A stretch of DNA of 64,000 bases from the NCBI RefSeq assembly GCF_965279535.1, contig NZ_OZ257244.1:4874713-4938712 (forward strand), given 5' to 3'. Below, in pieces: positions 32,833 to 41,556 of the stretch; position 1 is the first letter of the stretch; each line of letters starts with the position of its first letter. A model generated the notes under the pieces. The model saw only the letters and a program-made list of their open reading frames with translations. It searched no databases and was not told the origin of the DNA. Origin of the DNA: Pedobacter sp. (GTDB taxonomy: Bacteria > Bacteroidota > Bacteroidia > Sphingobacteriales > Sphingobacteriaceae). The position numbers were made by a program, and so were the translations under genes.

Positions 32833-32983
32833 GCGATTTGGTTTCAGGATTTGAGCTTTACCCTGCCTGAATTTAAGACAGCGTATTTCCATTTTCCTAT
32901 ACTTAAATATAAATAAAAATAGCCTAAAAATTAGATGAGGCTAAACCTTTTAAGCTTGCAATGAAGATTGTTATGGATTTTCA

Positions 32984-33037
32984 CCCATGTTATTTAGTAT
33001 TATACCCCATCTCCGGATTCCTTCTGTTTCAACTTTG
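32984..33037 (+). promoter_or_regulatory. Putative HTCS-activated promoter of the kinase gene
   Basis: CCCAT at 32984 and 33006 (22-bp period). Variant -7 element CAACTTTG at 33030-33037, at the same offset from the second repeat as in the susC promoter. Confidence 0.45.
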
Positions 33038-33065
33038 AAATACTTTGATAAATAGTTAAATAAAT

Positions 33066-33896
33066 ATGATTTTAATCGCAGATAGTGGATCTACAAAAAC
33101 CACATGGAGTATTATTGATGATGGGAAGGAATTTTTAAGATTCAGCACTGAGGGGTATAATCCCTACTTTGTTTCTAACGAATATATTATTGATTCGATC
33201 AAGCAATCGATAGATAGAAAAATCAGAAAAATGAGATTTAAAGCCATACACTTTTACGGAGCGAGTTGCGATGGAGTTCAGGCTAATAGAGTGGCAGAAG
33301 CCTTAAAGCAAATCTTTAATAAGGCTGAGGTGTTGGTTCATTTAGATTTATTGGCTGCAGCCAGAGGCGTTCTGGGGCGGGAAAGTGGTTTTGTAGCCAT
33401 TTTAGGGACCGGTACAAACACTTGTTTATACAATGGAGAGGAGATTACACATAACATTGATTCATTGGGTTTTATTCTGGGAGATGAAGGAAGCGGGGCT
33501 TACCTGGGTAAAAAAGTTTTAAGTGATTATCTACGCGAAAATATGCCACTGGCAGTTAAGAAACGGTTTGAACAATCCTATCACACGAGTAGTAAAGAAA
33601 TTATTCAAAACATTTATAAACTACCACTTGCAAATAGATATTGTGCCACATACAGCCGGTTTCTTCATAGTGATTGTGCCTATTCAGTATCGGTATTGAA
33701 AATGGCATTCCGGCGGTTTTTTTCAGATTTGGTTATGCTTTATCCCGGTTATGAGCAATACAAATTCAATTGTATTGGTTCAGTTGGCTTTGTATTTAAA
33801 TCCATTTTAACGGAAGTTGCCCAGGAGTTTGGAATTGAGGTAGATAAAGTGCTAAAATCTCCTATTGATGGTCTTATCGAATATCATAGGGGATAG
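33066..33896 (+). CDS. BadF/BadG/BcrA/BcrD-type ATPase, N-acetylglucosamine kinase-like
   Basis: MILIADSGSTKT, FYGASC, DLLAAARG, ILGTGTN and ILGDEGSGAYLG. Confidence 0.9.
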   Translation: MILIADSGSTKTTWSIIDDGKEFLRFSTEGYNPYFVSNEYIIDSIKQSIDRKIRKMRFKAIHFYGASCDGVQANRVAEALKQIFNKAEVLVHLDLLAAARGVLGRESGFVAILGTGTNTCLYNGEEITHNIDSLGFILGDEGSGAYLGKKVLSDYLRENMPLAVKKRFEQSYHTSSKEIIQNIYKLPLANRYCATYSRFLHSDCAYSVSVLKMAFRRFFSDLVMLYPGYEQYKFNCIGSVGFVFKSILTEVAQEFGIEVDKVLKSPIDGLIEYHRG

Positions 33897-33995
33897 TAAA
33901 GATATGAAATTTTGAAATTACACATTTAAAGATGTGAGTCCGGGCAAAAGTGATACTCCTCATTAATAGAAGATAAGTAGCAAAAACATTAACAG

Positions 33996-34301
33996 ATGGT
34001 ATTAGTAGCAAATAGTGGTGCTGTCAAAACAGCTTGGAGCGTTTTATATGAAGGGACAGAAGTGTTAGGTTTTACAACCGCAGACTCCAATCTTGATTTG
34101 AGATATAGCAATAATATTGTCGCTGCGATTAATCGTAATTTGGATCAGGAAATAATCAATCTGGGCTTTAAAGCTGTGTATTTCTATGGTTTTTATGTTA
34201 ATGAAATAGAAAAAAGTAGTATGAGAGAGGCTTTGGAATCTGTTTTTGAGGGAGCAGAAGTGGTGGTCAGCCAAAATTCAAATCAAGGCCCCAAATTCTA
34301 G
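33996..34301 (+). pseudogene. Truncated, diverged paralogue of the upstream kinase (N-terminal ~95 aa only)
   Basis: MVLVANSGAVKTAWSV...FKAVYFYG...EALESVFEGAEVVV aligns with MILIADSGSTKTTWSI...FKAIHFYG...EALKQIFNKAEVLV. Confidence 0.65.
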
Positions 34302-34313
34302 AAATATGTAGTT

Positions 34314-34553
34314 ATGAGAATTGAAAATATTAATCCCTGGTTACTCAATATTATTGTAATCATTTTAATTTCCGTTATTTCTTACTATTCCAATCCTAAA
34401 ATGAAGAGCCTAAAAGAAGTTTCAGGGATGAAAACAGGAAAGCGTACATTTAATTCCAATATGGGGATATCATATAACTATTTCAATGCAAATATTAAGC
34501 AAAATCAGGTAGCGAAAAAACAAGATTTTTATGCCATTTTTACCTGTTGGTAA
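34314..34553 (+). CDS. Small hypothetical membrane protein
   Basis: 79-aa ORF with one hydrophobic segment (WLLNIIVIILISVISYY). No family recognised. Confidence 0.35.
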   Translation: MRIENINPWLLNIIVIILISVISYYSNPKMKSLKEVSGMKTGKRTFNSNMGISYNYFNANIKQNQVAKKQDFYAIFTCW

Positions 34554-34639
34554 ATGCTTATCCAAACCAATCTCGATCATAATCAATCCCGGAAAGAACA
34601 CCATGTCTTAACCTTATTGCGACTGGTGTAAACCCATTG

Positions 34640-36985
34640 TTAGTTTTTAAGCGAAATCGCCAATTGCTGCTCTGTTTGATTTCTTACAACGACAATTGTG
34701 CAATCTCCTTTCCATTTAATGTTATTATATATTTTAAGTAAATCTGCAATTGAGGCTATGCTCTTATCATCTAGTTTTACAATCACATCGCCTTTCTGTA
34801 AACCATTTTTAAAAGCAATAGAATTGTTTGGTACCTGAACAATCAGCGCACCATTATTATCATGCAAACCTGCCGCAGAACGCTCACCCAGATTTTCTAT
34901 GTTTTTTACTACTCCTCCAAGCCAGGCTACAGTAGCCGACTTCTCTAATGAAAGTTTAGTGTTTACAGGATTAATCTTAGGCGATGAAGTAATTCTCTTT
35001 AGTCTTGGCTCATTGACACCAAAATCCATCGGAAAATTTTTAAAACCGATCAGTAGGGCAGGTGAATTAGGTTCAACCTGATAATTACCAGTTTTTTCAT
35101 TCAGGAATTTAGGATCTCCAAATGCACTGTGAAGGTCGATACCTAACTTTTGACTTTTAGATAAACCCTCCTCTGTTAGGAAAAAATTGTGGTCTATACT
35201 GCGGCCCCAGGTATTCATTTGAATGGGTGCATAAGGCATTGAAACAATGTTTTTTTCGAAAACGTCATCACTATTTTTTAGCCAAACATGTGGATGAAAA
35301 GTATTATTAATAATGATGTTATTGCTTACCTTACGGTGGTAGCCTTCTCTCAGTTTAAGTCCGCCGCTTAAACACACATTATTGTATATTTCATAATTTC
35401 CACTTCCATCATCAAGATCAATATCCCAGCCATGATCACATTGAAAACGATTGTTCCGGATGATGATAGGCTTTTCAACATCTAACAATTCTATGCCTGC
35501 ACGTGCGGCAACAATACTGTCAATAACCTGCCTGCTCGGACGCCAGAAACGATCTCTTCCCCAGGAATTGAATGCACCATGATCCCCTGTTTCCAATACG
35601 GTTTCAAAAACATCATTAAACTCGATCACATGGCCACCCCAGGTTCCTTCACTTACATTTATACCAGCACGCGGAACGTGGTAAATGGTATTGTGACTAA
35701 TCAGTATCTGGGATGACATTGAAAGCTGAACACCTGCTGATTGTTTTTCTATCGATCCTGTATGATGGATTAAATTGTTTGAAGCTTCACATTCCTGTGG
35801 ATAGTTATTTGACTTTGGTCCGGGCGTATAATCCATTTCATCCCAAGGGATAAAATTTTCATATCTGAAAGCAGGGGAGCGTACTGCAGCTGCATCGCCA
35901 ACAAAGGCAATGGCGCTGGCACCTATATTATGTATATGATTACCAACAACTTTGGCTCCTTTATTATAATTACTTAAGAAAATGGCATTACCGCCCAGAT
36001 TGTAAAAGTTACAGTTTTTAATGCTTACCTGTTCAGTACCATCCAGCAGGATAGCTGCTCCACGATAAATGGTCCAGTCGCTCCTTAACAAAGGTTCTTT
36101 GGTTAGCATAAAACTCCTTGCGGTTTGTGCAAAATCGATATCAGTAATGCTAATGTTTTTAATTGGAGCTTTCGCTGTACCGCTAAAATGTAAAATATCA
36201 GTTGTTGTACTGATTGTGACTTTAGCGGTTTGAATATTTACACCTGCCGGTGGTATCAGGTATATCATTTTCGATTTCTCGTCGTAAAACCATTCTCCCG
36301 CAGCATCGAGCTCCTCAAAAATATGCTCTACGTAACGGTGTTGAGGGTGCATTTTTGATGGTCTGTTGTTTTGCCAGCCACCATCTGATTTGAGTTTTCC
36401 CTTTGCATCTTTGCCTGTAATAAGATAATGAAATCCACCCCACTCACCCTGGTGAAGTGCATGGATATATCCTCCCGCTGGGTTATTCCATTTACTTATC
36501 CGATCATCCGATAAGGCATCGGCTGAAGTGCCACTAAATACCCTTGCAGTTGAATCATAATTAGGATATCTGGCCATTTGTAATAAGTGATCATTTATGA
36601 AAATCTGATCGGGACGCTCCGCTAAATCCAGCCTGGCTGATAAAATATCACCTTTAAAGGCCGCCCATTTTAATTGATAGGCTTTAGAACCAGTTATTAA
36701 AACTTTAGATCCTTTTTTTGCTCTGATGCTTAATGATTTGAGTTGATAATCGACAGCTGAAACAATAATGGTCTTTTCTATCGGGTATGTCCCCGCTAAA
36801 AGTTCGATCACAATATCCTTGCCCGGATGTTTTAGTGCCAGGCTTACTCCCTTAACAAGTGTTTTCAAGGGTTGTGTATTCGAACCAACAGCCTGATCAT
36901 TCCCGTTTGGAGAGATAAAGATGGTTTGTCCGGTGCAAAGTTTAAAGCTTAATAACAATAAGCAACTAATCAGAGGTATTCTCAT
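34640..36985 (-). CDS. Secreted right-handed beta-helix protein (GH141-like) with C-terminal PDZ domain
   Basis: IFISPNGND and MARYPN segments, many Asn-ladder repeats (HNTIYHVPRAGINV, DIDLDDGSGNYEIYNN), C-terminal GALIVQV...GLQKGDVIVKLD PDZ motif. Confidence 0.7.
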   Translation of the reverse strand: MRIPLISCLLLLSFKLCTGQTIFISPNGNDQAVGSNTQPLKTLVKGVSLALKHPGKDIVIELLAGTYPIEKTIIVSAVDYQLKSLSIRAKKGSKVLITGSKAYQLKWAAFKGDILSARLDLAERPDQIFINDHLLQMARYPNYDSTARVFSGTSADALSDDRISKWNNPAGGYIHALHQGEWGGFHYLITGKDAKGKLKSDGGWQNNRPSKMHPQHRYVEHIFEELDAAGEWFYDEKSKMIYLIPPAGVNIQTAKVTISTTTDILHFSGTAKAPIKNISITDIDFAQTARSFMLTKEPLLRSDWTIYRGAAILLDGTEQVSIKNCNFYNLGGNAIFLSNYNKGAKVVGNHIHNIGASAIAFVGDAAAVRSPAFRYENFIPWDEMDYTPGPKSNNYPQECEASNNLIHHTGSIEKQSAGVQLSMSSQILISHNTIYHVPRAGINVSEGTWGGHVIEFNDVFETVLETGDHGAFNSWGRDRFWRPSRQVIDSIVAARAGIELLDVEKPIIIRNNRFQCDHGWDIDLDDGSGNYEIYNNVCLSGGLKLREGYHRKVSNNIIINNTFHPHVWLKNSDDVFEKNIVSMPYAPIQMNTWGRSIDHNFFLTEEGLSKSQKLGIDLHSAFGDPKFLNEKTGNYQVEPNSPALLIGFKNFPMDFGVNEPRLKRITSSPKINPVNTKLSLEKSATVAWLGGVVKNIENLGERSAAGLHDNNGALIVQVPNNSIAFKNGLQKGDVIVKLDDKSIASIADLLKIYNNIKWKGDCTIVVVRNQTEQQLAISLKN

Positions 36986-37312
36986 ATAAATAATTAATTA
37001 TGCCGTCCGTATCTACCCGGAATATTTGGGGAGATTTAGCAATTTCGGATAAAATAAATATTTGGCTAAAGTCTGCTATGCTGTATTATAACAGCTGAAT
37101 TAATTAATAGTTAATTCAATAGCAAATACTAAATAAATTTTGGAAAAATATTGAGTAAAATGAGCATGTTATTCTGTGTTTTTGGTGTAAAATGAATGCT
37201 AATCATTCAGTTAAAACCATTAAACATCAATGAATTATAAATTAGAACAATCACAAAGTTCTCTTCTCGTAGCCTACAGGCAAATAATTGCTTAATTGGT
37301 TATAGCTGCTTT

Positions 37313-37546
37313 ATGAAAAAAGTACATTCTATTGATGGTAATTTTGCCATCAGGCAAGGCAAGTGGAAGCTTGAACTTTGCCCGGGGTCAGGAGGTTGGG
37401 CGGCTCCTAAAAATGCTGAAACTTTGAGAGCCGGCGATCCAGCCGTACAACTTTATGATTTATCATAGGATACAGCAGAAAAGGATAATTTACAAGCCAG
37501 ATATCATGAGGTAACCATGAGGTTGACTACTTTGTTACTGAAGTAG
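37313..37546 (+). pseudogene. C-terminal remnant of an arylsulfatase
   Basis: Reads VHSIDGNFAIRQGKWKLELCPGSGGW...VQLYDLS*DTAEKDNLQARYHEVTMRLTTLL in a single frame, with an internal TAG at 37466-37468 and no N-terminal catalytic domain. Confidence 0.75.
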
Positions 37547-37688
37547 GTAAATCAAATGATGCTTAGGTGAGCATCTGGAAGCATGAAATCAAAAATAACC
37601 GTAAACTCTTCAGTAATTTTAAATATTTAACATTTTTTTTTAACTCTATGAGTTAAAAAACAAAATTAACTCTGTTTTTTAATTAATT

Positions 37689-37730
37689 CTACTATTCCTA
37701 TAGGAATTATAGTTTTAAGTTTTATCTTTG
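37689..37730 (+). promoter_or_regulatory. Promoter and palindromic operator of the sulfatase locus
   Basis: Consensus -7 element TATCTTTG (37723-37730). 24-bp imperfect palindrome CTACTATTCCTATAGGAATTATAG with perfect 14-bp core ATTCCTATAGGAAT, over the expected -33 region. Confidence 0.7.
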
Positions 37731-37754
37731 TCGCATCATCTTTTAAAACATGAC

Positions 37755-37844
37755 ATGAAGACACTTTACAAGCACATTTCATTTCATCTAACGGCTCTAA
37801 ACACACCATTCCACCTCGGTATGCGAATGTGTTGTTGTTGTTAA
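37755..37844 (+). CDS. Putative polycysteine leader peptide (29 aa, MKTLYKHISFHLTALNTPFHLGMRMCCCC)
   Basis: ATG 24 nt after the -7 element, A-rich upstream sequence, four consecutive TGT codons immediately before TAA, at the head of a SusC/SusD/arylsulfatase locus. Confidence 0.7.
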   Translation: MKTLYKHISFHLTALNTPFHLGMRMCCCC

Positions 37845-37947
37845 ATACCACAAATAATTTTCAATAAATTAATGATTTACCTGCTTTAAGTCACGAGAAG
37901 CTTATGCTCAGACTATGGACCAGGTGAAGGTAACCACAAGAACAGCC

Positions 37948-38187
37948 ATGTACCGAATTTCTATTTCCATCACCATTATCTTTATCATTTTTCTTACAGG
38001 CTTTTCTGTTTCTAAACGCAGGCAAGCGGCAAAGCAGAAAGGAAAATCTTTATTTCCGAAGGTAGAAGCATGTTGCTCTTCGGGATTACCAAATAGATTT
38101 GGTATCCCCAGATTATCTGATACCCCGTATCAGTCCGGGGCATTAACAGCAGGCCATCAGTCATCAAAGGTAAAAAAGGCAGAATAG
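37948..38187 (+). CDS. Small exported protein with a CC motif (79 aa; 90 aa from ATG 37915)
   Basis: Hydrophobic N-terminus MYRISISITIIFIIFLTGFS, basic linker, then EACCSSGLPNRFG. Lies between the leader ORF and susC. Confidence 0.5.
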   Translation: MYRISISITIIFIIFLTGFSVSKRRQAAKQKGKSLFPKVEACCSSGLPNRFGIPRLSDTPYQSGALTAGHQSSKVKKAE

Positions 38188-38279
38188 TAGGGCTTAGCGG
38201 TAAATACCTAAATAGATATTAAGTATCAATAATTATATGTCAAAAAGGAGGGAAATACAATAAACTATACATTAAAATA

Positions 38280-38301
38280 GGGGAAACAAGCATTGTTCCC
38301 C
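38280..38301 (+). other. GC-clamped hairpin about 80 nt upstream of susC
   Basis: GGGG-A-AACAA-GCA-TTGTT-CCCC with no U-tract. Confidence 0.45.
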
Positions 38302-38380
38302 CAGGAATTAAACTATCGAAACAGGCATTCAATTGGCGTTGGCACCTGAATCTATTAACAACTTAACTCAATACAAAAGT

Positions 38381-41300
38381 ATGCAAAATTCTGATGAACT
38401 CCGACAGCAGGGCTGGCCGGATTCGAACCCTTGTGGTCAAACAGCAAGGTCTGAAAAAAAACTGTTTTCTAAATTTTCACTATGCAAGGCCCAGGTTTGT
38501 GGCCTGATGCTCTTACAAATTTTAGCTTTTTGGTTTTATGAAGGAAAAGCCCAAACTACACCCCTAATTAATTCAACCTTAAGCGGTCAGGTACTGGATT
38601 CAAAAACAAAAGAGCCTATTCCAGGTGTGGTTGTTCGGATTAATGGTACCACACACTCGGCGGCTACGGATAATGACGGGAGATTTAAGTTTGTAACCGG
38701 GCAAAAGTTTCCCTATACCTTAACCATCAGTTATATTGGTTACAAAACCCTTGAAGTTGTGGCAAATGGAAGTCCTATTCAGGTAACTTTAGAAGAACTG
38801 GCCAATCAGCTCGAAAATGTAGTGGTAATTGGCTATGGTACTCAGAAAAGAAGCGACATTACAGGTTCTGTTTCTTCTGTTTCTAAAACGGCCTTAAAAC
38901 AGCCTTTAAGTTCAGTGGATCAACTTTTAAAGGGAGCCGCCGCAGGGGTCCAGGTAACCCAAACATCTGGTCAGCCAGGTGGTGGAGTAAGCATTCGGAT
39001 TAGAGGTGGCAGCTCAGTTCAGGGTGGTAACGAGCCCCTGTATGTGGTTGATGGTTTCCCGATTTACAACAGTTCGGCATCTGCAGGAACTTTAAGCGGA
39101 ACACCACTAAACCCCTTAGCCAGTATTAACCCCTCCGATATTGAAACCGTAGATATCTTAAAGGATGCCTCAGCTACTGCAATATATGGCTCAAGAGGAG
39201 CCAATGGAGTGGTAATTATCACTACCAAAAAAGGTAAAGCAGATAGAAGTTCGGTAAGTTATGAAGGAAGTTATGGTAGCCAGGCGGTAGTTAAAAAGAT
39301 TGATGTTTTGAATGCCCGCGACTTTGCCTTGTTGAGAAACGATGTTTTTTATGATACCGACCCAGGCAAAGGCCGCTTTCAATACCTGAGTCAGGCTCAA
39401 ATAGATCAATTGGGTGCCGGAACTGATTGGCAGGGCGAAGCTTTTGTAAAAGCACCAACCCAAAACCACCAGTTAACCATTAGCGGAGGTAACCAAAAAA
39501 CACGATATCTGATTTCGGGAAACTATTTCGACCAGGAAGGAATTGTGAGAAACACAGATTATTCCCGAATTAGTGTTAGGGCCAATGTAGATGCACAACC
39601 TTTTGAAAAGTTAAAAATTAGTGCCAATATTACGGGTAGCAAGGCCGATGCAAACGTATCACCATCAGGGATAATTTCTGGTTTGTTGATTATGCCCGCT
39701 GTAGCAACTGTTTACGATGCATCAGGGGCATATACCCTTCGAAATCCGTTTGAGAATATTTTTTCTAATCCTATCGCTTCCCTCAACGAGCAAATCAATA
39801 AATCTACAACCAATAAATTTCTAGGAACCGCTTTCGGAGAATATACAATTATAGATGGATTAAACTTAAAAGTCCTTTTGGGTGCAGATGTGAATAATGT
39901 GAATGAGAAAAATTTCATTCCTTCAAGCATTTATGAAGGGGCATCAATAGGAGGTTCAGCAGGCAGAGGTACGTATAATTCTTACTCCTGGTTAAATGAA
40001 AATACACTTTCTTACTCTAAAATCCTGGGAAAACATACCATTGATGCCTTAATCGGTTTTACACAGCAAGAGTTTAAAAGTGAAACTGTTCGATCAAATG
40101 CCCAGAAATTTGTAACTGACGATTTAACCTACAATAGTTTACAAAGTGGCGCCACATTGGTAGCACCTTATTCAGATGCAGCGTCATGGGTCCTTCATTC
40201 TTATCTGGCCAGGGTTAACTACAGTTATAACAATTTATATTTTTTAACGGGCAGCATCAGGGCCGATGGCTCTTCCAGGTTTGGTAAGGGCAATAAGTGG
40301 GGGTATTTCCCCTCTGCAGCAGCTTCCTGGAAGTTAAGCAATGAGGATTTTTTTGAACCCCTGAAAGCGGTGGTATCTGAACTGAAAGTGAGGGGAAGTT
40401 TTGGGACAACAGGAAATTTGGAAATTGGCCAATATCAATCTTTGGCAACCCTTTATAGCTTGAATTACGTTTTCGGAGGAGCAACTTCTACCGGATTTGC
40501 GCCAAATAGAATCGCAAATGATAATTTAGGTTGGGAAACCACTCATCAGTATGATGCAGGAATCGATGTTGGATTTTTGAATAACAGAATTCAACTGACA
40601 CTAGATGCCTACTACAAAAAAACGGAAGATCTTTTATTGAATGTCGAAATTCCATGGACCACTGGTTATGCTTCTTCACTTCAAAATTATGGTTCGGTAT
40701 CTAATAAAGGGCTTGAAATTGGTTTAAATACTAAAAATTTAACAGGTGAACTGGTTTGGAATACCAATCTCAATCTTTCTATTAACAGAAATAAGGTGCT
40801 GGCCATTGGAAACGGGGCTCAATCCTACATCAGCGGAAATTACATAGTACAGGTAGGTCAACCCCTGGGCAGCTTTTATGGAAATTTAACTAACGGAATT
40901 TTGCAAACCGGTGAAGAGGCTACAAAGGGGAAGTTTACCGGAAGCGCGGTGCCTAAGGCCGGAGACCGCTTATATCAGGATGTTAATGGCGATGGAACTT
41001 TTACCGTTGCTGCGGATAAAGCAATCATTGGAAATGCACAACCCGATTTTATATTCGGTTTAACCAATAGTTGGGAGTGGAAGGGATTTGATTTAACTGT
41101 TTTTATACAGGGCGCTTATGGCAACCAGATTTTAAACTCGAACAGGCAAACCCTGGAGCTGTTTACAGGACAACAAAATGCTTCTACTACAGCACTGGAC
41201 CGTTGGACAACCACCAATCCGAGCCAAACTATTCCCAGGGCTAAACTGGATCCGGCACCGGTATTTTCCGATCGGTTCATTGAAGATGGCTCTTTCTTAA

Positions 41301-41527
41301 GGCTGAAGGATATCTCATTTGGTTATACTTTGCCCAGAAGAATTAGTACTAAAGCCAAATTATCCAATGTCTATTTCTATATAGCTGGTCAAAACCTGCT
41401 TACCTGGACAGATTATTCAGGCTTCGATCCTGAGATTACTTCAGGTAGCAATGTTTCTCCGGGAACTGATTCAGGAATTTACCCAATAGCTAAATCAATT
41501 AGGGCAGGCTTACGATTAACTTTTTAA
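38381..41527 (+). CDS. SusC/RagA TonB-dependent receptor of the sulfatase locus
   Basis: [41 protein letters not shown], terminal GLRLTF. ATG 38381 is preferred over TTG 38333. Confidence 0.95.
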   Translation: MQNSDELRQQGWPDSNPCGQTARSEKKLFSKFSLCKAQVCGLMLLQILAFWFYEGKAQTTPLINSTLSGQVLDSKTKEPIPGVVVRINGTTHSAATDNDGRFKFVTGQKFPYTLTISYIGYKTLEVVANGSPIQVTLEELANQLENVVVIGYGTQKRSDITGSVSSVSKTALKQPLSSVDQLLKGAAAGVQVTQTSGQPGGGVSIRIRGGSSVQGGNEPLYVVDGFPIYNSSASAGTLSGTPLNPLASINPSDIETVDILKDASATAIYGSRGANGVVIITTKKGKADRSSVSYEGSYGSQAVVKKIDVLNARDFALLRNDVFYDTDPGKGRFQYLSQAQIDQLGAGTDWQGEAFVKAPTQNHQLTISGGNQKTRYLISGNYFDQEGIVRNTDYSRISVRANVDAQPFEKLKISANITGSKADANVSPSGIISGLLIMPAVATVYDASGAYTLRNPFENIFSNPIASLNEQINKSTTNKFLGTAFGEYTIIDGLNLKVLLGADVNNVNEKNFIPSSIYEGASIGGSAGRGTYNSYSWLNENTLSYSKILGKHTIDALIGFTQQEFKSETVRSNAQKFVTDDLTYNSLQSGATLVAPYSDAASWVLHSYLARVNYSYNNLYFLTGSIRADGSSRFGKGNKWGYFPSAAASWKLSNEDFFEPLKAVVSELKVRGSFGTTGNLEIGQYQSLATLYSLNYVFGGATSTGFAPNRIANDNLGWETTHQYDAGIDVGFLNNRIQLTLDAYYKKTEDLLLNVEIPWTTGYASSLQNYGSVSNKGLEIGLNTKNLTGELVWNTNLNLSINRNKVLAIGNGAQSYISGNYIVQVGQPLGSFYGNLTNGILQTGEEATKGKFTGSAVPKAGDRLYQDVNGDGTFTVAADKAIIGNAQPDFIFGLTNSWEWKGFDLTVFIQGAYGNQILNSNRQTLELFTGQQNASTTALDRWTTTNPSQTIPRAKLDPAPVFSDRFIEDGSFLRLKDISFGYTLPRRISTKAKLSNVYFYIAGQNLLTWTDYSGFDPEITSGSNVSPGTDSGIYPIAKSIRAGLRLTF

Positions 41528-41556
41528 TTGTGCAGTGCTCATTAAAATATAATCCA

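Noticed and set aside
37155-37195. GTAAAATGA direct repeat with a 32-bp period upstream of the beta-helix/PDZ gene
   Set aside because: AT-rich 9-mer with no matching -7 element found at a consistent distance; too weak to call.
37666-37851. Minus-strand 61-aa ORF (MVFNNNN...) in the ORF track
   Set aside because: It is the antisense shadow of the plus-strand Cys leader (NNNN is the reverse of TGT x4). The promoter element and downstream genes are on the plus strand.
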